In this document: in pieces, positions 16,691 through 21,904 of the stretch
Numbering within the stretch: the stretch's first letter is position 1
Layout of the letters: each line of letters opens with the position of its first letter
Assembly: GCA_037137755.1 (NCBI GenBank)
Contig: JBAXJR010000038.1
Coordinates: forward strand, 1 to 21,904
Reading direction: 5' to 3'
DNA length: 21,904 bases
Origin: Methanomicrobiales archaeon
GTDB taxonomy: Archaea; Halobacteriota; Methanomicrobia; Methanomicrobiales; Methanospirillaceae
Program-made: the position numbers and the translations under genes
The notes under the pieces: model-generated
Told to the model about the DNA's origin: nothing
The model's database searches: none
Seen by the model: the letters and a program-made list of their open reading frames with translations, nothing else

Positions 16691-19127
16691 ACAGCTCAGC
16701 CCTCACTTTTTGTATCACGGCTTCCGAATCCCTGAAATACGAGACCAGGATGTTGGAAACATCCCTGAAATGCCGGATTTTCTTGATGCGCATCCATTCG
16801 AGGACTTCCTGCCTTCTCTTGAGTTCTTCCCTGATCCGCTCCTCGTTCCACCCCCTCTCTTCCATGATCTCTTCTAATATGAAGGATTTACCGGAATAGG
16901 TAATTTCATCGGTAGACTGTCTCCATTTGAACACTTCGTTTGTGATCAACTCATTCGTCCGGGGATCAATATCGAGGATCTCGATGATCTGTTTATTGCG
17001 ACGTATCCTCTGGCCACCGACCCGTGCCTGGACCTGGACACAGACAAGGTCCAGGGCGGACAGCATATTTCTTGGGACGTCAAGCGGAGGGTTTTCAATC
17101 CTGTGGACAACACTCGCAACCGAATCTGCGTGAATTGTCGAATAGGTCACGTGCCCGGTACTCATCGCCTGGAACAGCGTCTGGGCTTCTTTTCCACGCA
17201 CTTCACCAACCAGGATGTACTCAGGGCGCTGCCGGAGTGCCGCCCTCAGGAGTTCATACATATCGATCTCTCCCTTACCATCAGAGTCGAACGATGCCCT
17301 GGTAATACTTGGGATCCAGTTCGGATGCGGGAGTTTTAATTCCCGCGTATCCTCAAGGGTGACAATCTTGGCAAGTGGTGGGATGAACAACGCAATCGCG
17401 TTCAGCGCTGTTGTCTTTCCGGATGCAGTCCCACCGGCAAGGAGCAGGGATTTCCCCGTCTCCACCGCGAGCCAGAGAAATGCGATTGAAAGGGGAGAGA
17501 AGGTATGCCATTCAATCAGGTCTGTAGGGGTGATTGGTTCTTCCCTGAATTTACGGATGGTAAATGTAGAGCCGTGTGCCGTTACTTCCTGGCCGAGTGT
17601 CATCTGAATACGGGAGCCGTCGCTCATTGTCGCATCAAGCATCGGTTCGGCGATCGAGATATACTTCCCTGCCCTCTGGGCCAGTTTTGTTACAAATGAG
17701 TCCAGGTCTTCAGCGTTGGTAAAAATCACGTTGGATTTCATTGACTCGTACCGTGCATGGTAGACAAATATTGAAGAATTGACCCCGTCACAGGATATGT
17801 CCTCAATATATTTGTCATGCATAATGGGATCAATCAGGCCCTGGCCAAGGAATTCCTTCTCCATGTTGTAGAGAATTTTCTCCCGCTGGACAGGAGTCAG
17901 AGTCAGTCCATAATCTGCTATAATGTCATCTGTAACTTTTTTAAGCGTGATTTTTGCAAACTCGGGGACAATATCCCTTGAATTGACATCGAGCCGTTCG
18001 AAGATCCGTTCTTTTAATTCTGAGAAAAGGTCCATTTCCGCGGGTGAAAGGACCGGTTCCAGCACGGTATAGGTATACTCGTGCGTCGAGTTGTCATATA
18101 CCACCCGGATATAGGCGTAGGGCTCATTAACAGGATAAAACTCCAGCTCCTCGACACCACTCCTGGGCACCATCACGAGATCTATGAGCGGGCCATGGAT
18201 TTTCGGGTTGTATTCCACGGTCTCATGCCTGATCAGTTTGAAGAGGTTGAATTTACCAAGGAACCCGCCCTTCCCTGCTGCAGGACTATCCCCTTCCTGG
18301 TCGATGGATATGCCGGAAAGACCCCCTGTCGGGAGTCCGGCCTGCCATATCTTATCGATTTCATCGGGAACACTACCGTCTGCCATGGCAAATGGCGAGG
18401 TGCGGGTCTTCAGTTGTACCTCGTCTATTTTGAATGTCACACCTTTCGGAAGGATCAGTCCACTGATTCCCTTGATCTGGTCGATGCTGACAATTTTTTC
18501 ATCCTGCTCCGTAATATCGTCTGACCACATTGTTTTCGCAGCTTTCATGGCAGGTACAGGGGCATCAGGAGTACCATGCCTGGCTGCAGCAGGTCCATTT
18601 TCCTGCACACGACCCCGGTTTGTCACTGGAGCCACACCTGGCATTTCAGCGACGGGCGGAGGCCCGATAGGCGGGGAATCAGAGGGCATTGATAGAATAG
18701 ATGGAGAAACGGGTGGAACCGGGGGCTTTGCGGGGGGTGTACTACCACTCTGGACCCCTATTCGTTTCATGAGAGCATCGATGTCTGTCATGCTCTTCAC
18801 ATTGGGCTCATTTTCGCCCTGTGAAGGTAAATCGGATCGCCCTGGTTGCAGAGGGGGAGAAACGGGTGCAACAGGTGGTTTTTGTGTAACAGGGATTTCC
18901 GGAACTTCCTTCTCCTGACCGGGCGGGACCATGGGTTGTGGTGTTGATGGAGGCGTGCTTTCATTCTGAACCCCTATACGTTTCATGAGGGCATCGATAT
19001 CGGCTGTCACATCCTTCGCCTTAGGTAATTCGTCGGATTTTGAAGCTGGAACTACCTTGTCAGTACCCTTCTTCGCCGCAAGAATTTTTTTCAGGAACCC
19101 CTGTTCCTCACGTTCATCATCATTCAT
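16683..19127 (-). CDS. Type IV pilus assembly ATPase (PilB/TadA/VirB11-like, archaeal type) with ~300-aa N-terminal extension, 814 aa
   Basis: IEDISCDG, GSTFTIRKF, Walker A GGTASGKTT, Asp box LEDTREL, LRQRPEY, Walker B ILVGEVRG, His box TGH..YSTIHA. Confidence 0.95.
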   Translation of the reverse strand: MNDDEREEQGFLKKILAAKKGTDKVVPASKSDELPKAKDVTADIDALMKRIGVQNESTPPSTPQPMVPPGQEKEVPEIPVTQKPPVAPVSPPLQPGRSDLPSQGENEPNVKSMTDIDALMKRIGVQSGSTPPAKPPVPPVSPSILSMPSDSPPIGPPPVAEMPGVAPVTNRGRVQENGPAAARHGTPDAPVPAMKAAKTMWSDDITEQDEKIVSIDQIKGISGLILPKGVTFKIDEVQLKTRTSPFAMADGSVPDEIDKIWQAGLPTGGLSGISIDQEGDSPAAGKGGFLGKFNLFKLIRHETVEYNPKIHGPLIDLVMVPRSGVEELEFYPVNEPYAYIRVVYDNSTHEYTYTVLEPVLSPAEMDLFSELKERIFERLDVNSRDIVPEFAKITLKKVTDDIIADYGLTLTPVQREKILYNMEKEFLGQGLIDPIMHDKYIEDISCDGVNSSIFVYHARYESMKSNVIFTNAEDLDSFVTKLAQRAGKYISIAEPMLDATMSDGSRIQMTLGQEVTAHGSTFTIRKFREEPITPTDLIEWHTFSPLSIAFLWLAVETGKSLLLAGGTASGKTTALNAIALFIPPLAKIVTLEDTRELKLPHPNWIPSITRASFDSDGKGEIDMYELLRAALRQRPEYILVGEVRGKEAQTLFQAMSTGHVTYSTIHADSVASVVHRIENPPLDVPRNMLSALDLVCVQVQARVGGQRIRRNKQIIEILDIDPRTNELITNEVFKWRQSTDEITYSGKSFILEEIMEERGWNEERIREELKRRQEVLEWMRIKKIRHFRDVSNILVSYFRDSEAVIQKVRAELYE
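18750..19001 (-). repeat. Intragenic 36-nt direct repeat encoding DIDALMKRIGVQ twice, 216 nt apart
   Basis: Copies at 18966-19001 and 18750-18785; 32/36 nt identical, with all four differences at third codon positions. Confidence 0.95.
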
Positions 19128-19250
19128 TGTTGCGTAGCATTGATGATATTCGCTAAGCTATATTATTATAAAGGATCTTGCTGCACTTCCTTCAAATAAT
19201 TACCCCCTCAAAGAAGAGGTGGAGGATGCAATCATTAGCACCACATCGTG

Positions 19251-19919
19251 CTACCTGGCATCACTCTGGAGACTCTTCAGGACCACCCGGATCAGGCCAA
19301 TATTTGCATCAGCTCCCGTAAAAACACAGAGGAACAGGTCACCATACGGGGCAATAATAATTTTTCCCGAATTTGTTTCAAGTATGATCTGGTCAATCAG
19401 ACCTATCTTCATATCCTTTGCTATTTTAATTCCTGCCCTGAGCAGGTCTTCGGCCATTGCTGCAACCTGGTCAAAATCTGCTTCCCCAAGAGACTGAACG
19501 GAAAAACCCTCTGAAAATGCCGATACAGCGACCACACCCGGCTGCACCAGTATTTTTCTCAGGATACTCTCATCGAGAAGATCGGGAATCGCGGGGATAT
19601 GTGTTTCATCCTGGAGCAGGAGGTCTTCGTTCCTGCAGGTCTCCATCGCAACAAGGTACTCATCCGCAGTATATCGGCTGAGCTCCATCCTCTCAGGTGT
19701 GGTCGCATTGATCACTTCAAGCGCACCATTACCGGAGTAAAATTTATCACCGGAGGTATAAGAAGCTGCAATAATTTTACCCTGGTCAATCAGGATGACA
19801 CCCTCACCCTGTTGAGCAGTAATTTTTATCAGTCCGACATGGCCGATTATCAGCTGGACATCCTTATCTTGAAGCGGATTATTGATATACCCTAGATGGG
19901 TCCCTTCCGGCAGATACAT
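19251..19919 (-). CDS. Fusion of an N-terminal DUF2226/PATAN-like domain and a C-terminal Roadblock/LC7 (MglB-like) domain, 222 aa
   Basis: C-terminal half LRKILVQPGVVAVSAFSEGFSV...DQVAAMAEDL...IDQIILETNSGKIIIAP...NIGLIR aligns by eye with the adjacent Roadblock protein. N-terminal MYLPEG...GLIKI....GVILIDQGKIIAA.......GNGAL matches the pattern of the 20493 protein. Confidence 0.75.
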   Translation of the reverse strand: MYLPEGTHLGYINNPLQDKDVQLIIGHVGLIKITAQQGEGVILIDQGKIIAASYTSGDKFYSGNGALEVINATTPERMELSRYTADEYLVAMETCRNEDLLLQDETHIPAIPDLLDESILRKILVQPGVVAVSAFSEGFSVQSLGEADFDQVAAMAEDLLRAGIKIAKDMKIGLIDQIILETNSGKIIIAPYGDLFLCVFTGADANIGLIRVVLKSLQSDAR

Positions 19920-19923
19920 ACTA

Positions 19924-20271
19924 TTATAAGGCAGCCATCAGTCGTTCTTTGTTCTTCTTCAATTCGTACCTGATCCTTCCCACATTCGCAGTCGAATCTG
20001 CTACGATTGCTATCAATTCATCTGATGAAAGAGGGGATAAAATAATTGGTCCTTTTTCAAGCTCCACCAGCATCTGATCGAGGTTCCCTTTACCAAGCTC
20101 ATTCCCCATTGCTTCCGAAGTACCCATGCCGGTAGATGCCATTGCACCTAATGCATCAATATCGATTTTTCCGGAGATGGCACTCTCTATCACAAACCCA
20201 TCTCTTCCAATGACGACTGCTGCGGAAACACCTTCCACCTTTAGGAATTCACCCAGTATCTGCTTTAGCAT
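19924..20271 (-). CDS. Roadblock/LC7 (MglB-like) protein, 115 aa
   Basis: LGEFLKVEGVSAAVVIGRDGFVIES...DALGAM...LDQMLVELEKGPIIL...ANVGRIRYELKK is the classic Roadblock pattern. Confidence 0.92.
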   Translation of the reverse strand: MLKQILGEFLKVEGVSAAVVIGRDGFVIESAISGKIDIDALGAMASTGMGTSEAMGNELGKGNLDQMLVELEKGPIILSPLSSDELIAIVADSTANVGRIRYELKKNKERLMAAL

Positions 20272-20492
20272 TCCGAATCTCCCCGATACACACTATCTAT
20301 ATATAAACTGAATTTCTGGTATACGATAATAAATAAGTTTCCTAATATAATTTTAATTCGCGGGTCATTTAATCATCTGTCTGCAGATAAAAAGATACAG
20401 GGGAAATTCTTCTTTTCGGCGGGAATAAAACACCCAAAAACACCGTTGTATTAAAAAGGACTATTAAATAAGGCGTTGCATATCTCTTATTG
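20272..20492. promoter_or_regulatory. Divergent promoter region between the Roadblock genes and the DUF2226-like/MinD genes
   Basis: TTTATATA on the minus strand (~20307-20300). TATTAAATA (20462-20470) preceded by purine-rich AAAAAGGA, about 25 nt before ATG 20493 (leaderless spacing). AAAACACC repeated at 20427 and 20437. Confidence 0.55.
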
Positions 20493-21182
20493 ATGAAACT
20501 CCCAAGGGGTACATTCCATTCCATAAAGAAAGGAATACTATTTCGTTTGGTCCTTGAGGAGATGGAAAAAAACAGGTTCACCGGCTATTGCACCGTCAGT
20601 TTTGGATTAGAGACCTGTACCATTGTACTCAATTCCGGGATCAATATCCTTGCAGATTACGATAAACTTGAAGGGGAGCATGCCTGGCAGAAGATGCAAA
20701 AGCTGCTGGAAATGAAGGTCGATGCAGGTCTTACAACATTAAACACCGCTCAACTCGAGCTTGCAAGGGAGTTTAACCCACATGCAACACTTCCAAGTTT
20801 TGTCCGGAAGTCACCTACACGGCAGGTCAGGACGGGAACAACCAGTCCAGGTACCAGGAGAAAGGATGACCGTGCAGGAAATGCGGTCCCGGGGGTCCGT
20901 TCGGAGCACCTGAAAAACAATGCCCCTAACACCGGACCTCAACCATCAACTGCAGAACAGCATCCCGATCCCGGAATTTCAACCCCCGTCCCCGCGCAAT
21001 TTCCCGGTGACCAGCAGCCATCAGGAAAAGGACCGGAAGAAGGGGGAACTAATATTGAACGCGACCTGAAAGCTCTCGATAACATGGACATAGATGAAAT
21101 GACAAAGAAAATCCGTGAGAACTGTAAGGTCACCATTGAGCAGATGGACCTTGACCACCTGCTAGGGAATAGGGAAGATTAA
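20493..21182 (+). CDS. DUF2226/PATAN-like N-terminal domain, Pro/Gly-rich linker and short C-terminal helical segment, ~229 aa
   Basis: MKLPRG...LVLEEMEKNRFTGYCTV......TIVLNSGINILA......GEHAW...LNTAQLELAREFN; low-complexity linker; C-terminus DLKALDNMDIDEMTKKIRENC...LDHLL. Start is ATG 20493 or TTG 20490. Confidence 0.7.
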   Translation: MKLPRGTFHSIKKGILFRLVLEEMEKNRFTGYCTVSFGLETCTIVLNSGINILADYDKLEGEHAWQKMQKLLEMKVDAGLTTLNTAQLELAREFNPHATLPSFVRKSPTRQVRTGTTSPGTRRKDDRAGNAVPGVRSEHLKNNAPNTGPQPSTAEQHPDPGISTPVPAQFPGDQQPSGKGPEEGGTNIERDLKALDNMDIDEMTKKIRENCKVTIEQMDLDHLLGNRED

Positions 21183-21224
21183 GAATAAATTCATGAAAAA
21201 CAAGCCTTAAAGCAGGAAGGCACC

Positions 21225-21788
21225 ATGCAGTCAATATTGTCAGGGCAGGCATCGTACCTGCCGGTTATCGTGTTGATCATTGCAATAGCAGCAATTATTC
21301 TGATCCTGTTGTTCATGAAAGTGTACCAGGTAAAACATTCAGCCGGAAAAAAAGATCGTCCAAAAAACTTGAACTTCAGACCTCCAGGGGATATTACCAC
21401 CCCTTTGCCAGGCATTCCGGAAATAAAACAAGGGGAGAGATCAGAAAAACATCAGCCGGTAGATGATGTCCCGCTCACGGACCTTGGGGATATTACAAAA
21501 AATCTCCATGCACTCGTATCAAAATACCATCTTGATTCGATTACCCTGTCTACGACCGATGGCCTGATGATTGCATCGACCAGGGAAAACGGGCAGGATA
21601 TGGCAGCTTACTATGGCCAGGTCTTTAAACAGGGAGAGGCTCCTTCCGTACCAGGCATGAAATTATTTTATATGACCCATAAGGGATCATCGGTGATCGG
21701 AATCATTCAGTCCGACAATCTGATACCAGACATTTCTTTGGAACGTATCAGGAACGACACTGAAAAAATCATGAAATGGTGGATATAA
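21225..21788 (+). CDS. Single-pass membrane protein with a C-terminal degenerate Roadblock-like domain, 187 aa
   Basis: N-terminal TM LPVIVLIIAIAAIILILLF followed by basic residues; C-terminal LHALVSKYHLDSITLSTTDGLMIAS....DMAAY resembles the Roadblock helix-strand-DG-strand-helix start. Confidence 0.65.
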   Translation: MQSILSGQASYLPVIVLIIAIAAIILILLFMKVYQVKHSAGKKDRPKNLNFRPPGDITTPLPGIPEIKQGERSEKHQPVDDVPLTDLGDITKNLHALVSKYHLDSITLSTTDGLMIASTRENGQDMAAYYGQVFKQGEAPSVPGMKLFYMTHKGSSVIGIIQSDNLIPDISLERIRNDTEKIMKWWI

Positions 21789-21860
21789 TATACCAATAAG
21801 GGAGAGGATTTAATTACCAGCATATAAATTTACATTAAGCAACTCTTGCGAAGGTGTTTA

Positions 21861-21904
21861 ATGGTCAGGGTCTACACGTTGGCTTCCGGAAAAGGTGGAA
21901 CAGG
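21861..21904 (+). CDS. minD: MinD/ParA-family ATPase, 5' end only
   Basis: ATG 21861 after SD AAGGTG (21851-21856); translates to MVRVYTLASGKGGT(G), the start of the deviant Walker A SGKGGxGK. Only ~14 codons are visible. Confidence 0.75.
   Translation, partial: MVRVYTLASGKGGT

Noticed and set aside
14749-19127. Archaellum (ArlI/ArlJ) or conjugative VirB11 system
   Set aside because: Two separate single T2SS-F proteins rather than one ArlJ; no archaellin, arlH, chemotaxis, VirB4 or relaxase genes nearby.
21193-21210. Mini-ORF MKNKP* between two genes
   Set aside because: Five codons, no SD, and in a different frame from the downstream gene; no supporting evidence.
21225-21320. Class III (pilin) signal peptide in MQSILSG/QASYLPVI...
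   Set aside because: No Lys/Arg before the Gly, no in-frame upstream start supplying a charged leader, and basic residues follow the TM, indicating a cytoplasmic C-terminus.

Overview
Archaeal chromosomal window, about 50% GC by eye, with GGAGGTGA-type Shine-Dalgarno sites and TATA-like promoters. The gene set (top6A/B, SUI1, archaeal NadM, oapABC, CBS cluster) suggests a methanogen, probably Methanomicrobiales (inference). In order: a minus-strand operon of five stand-alone CBS-domain proteins; the divergent oapABC/arvABC small-GTPase operon; a structured intergenic region (16-bp hairpin plus U-tract, then a hammerhead-ribozyme-like motif); SUI1; cobQ; a long coiled-coil protein; larB-nadM; a small membrane protein followed by hisS-top6B-top6A; and a type IV pilus-like assembly module (ATPase plus two T2SS-F/TadBC platform proteins). 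The pilus module abuts a cluster of three Roadblock/LC7 (MglB-like) domains, two DUF2226/PATAN-like domains and a MinD ATPase that runs off the right edge. The best candidate for an undescribed system is this Roadblock + DUF2226/PATAN-like + MinD cluster as a positioning/polarity regulator of the pilus motor. The motor ATPase has a ~300-aa N-terminal extension with a duplicated 12-aa motif whose two copies differ only by synonymous changes. No mobile element, CRISPR array, tRNA or rRNA was recognised. All family assignments come from motif recognition by eye, not database searches.
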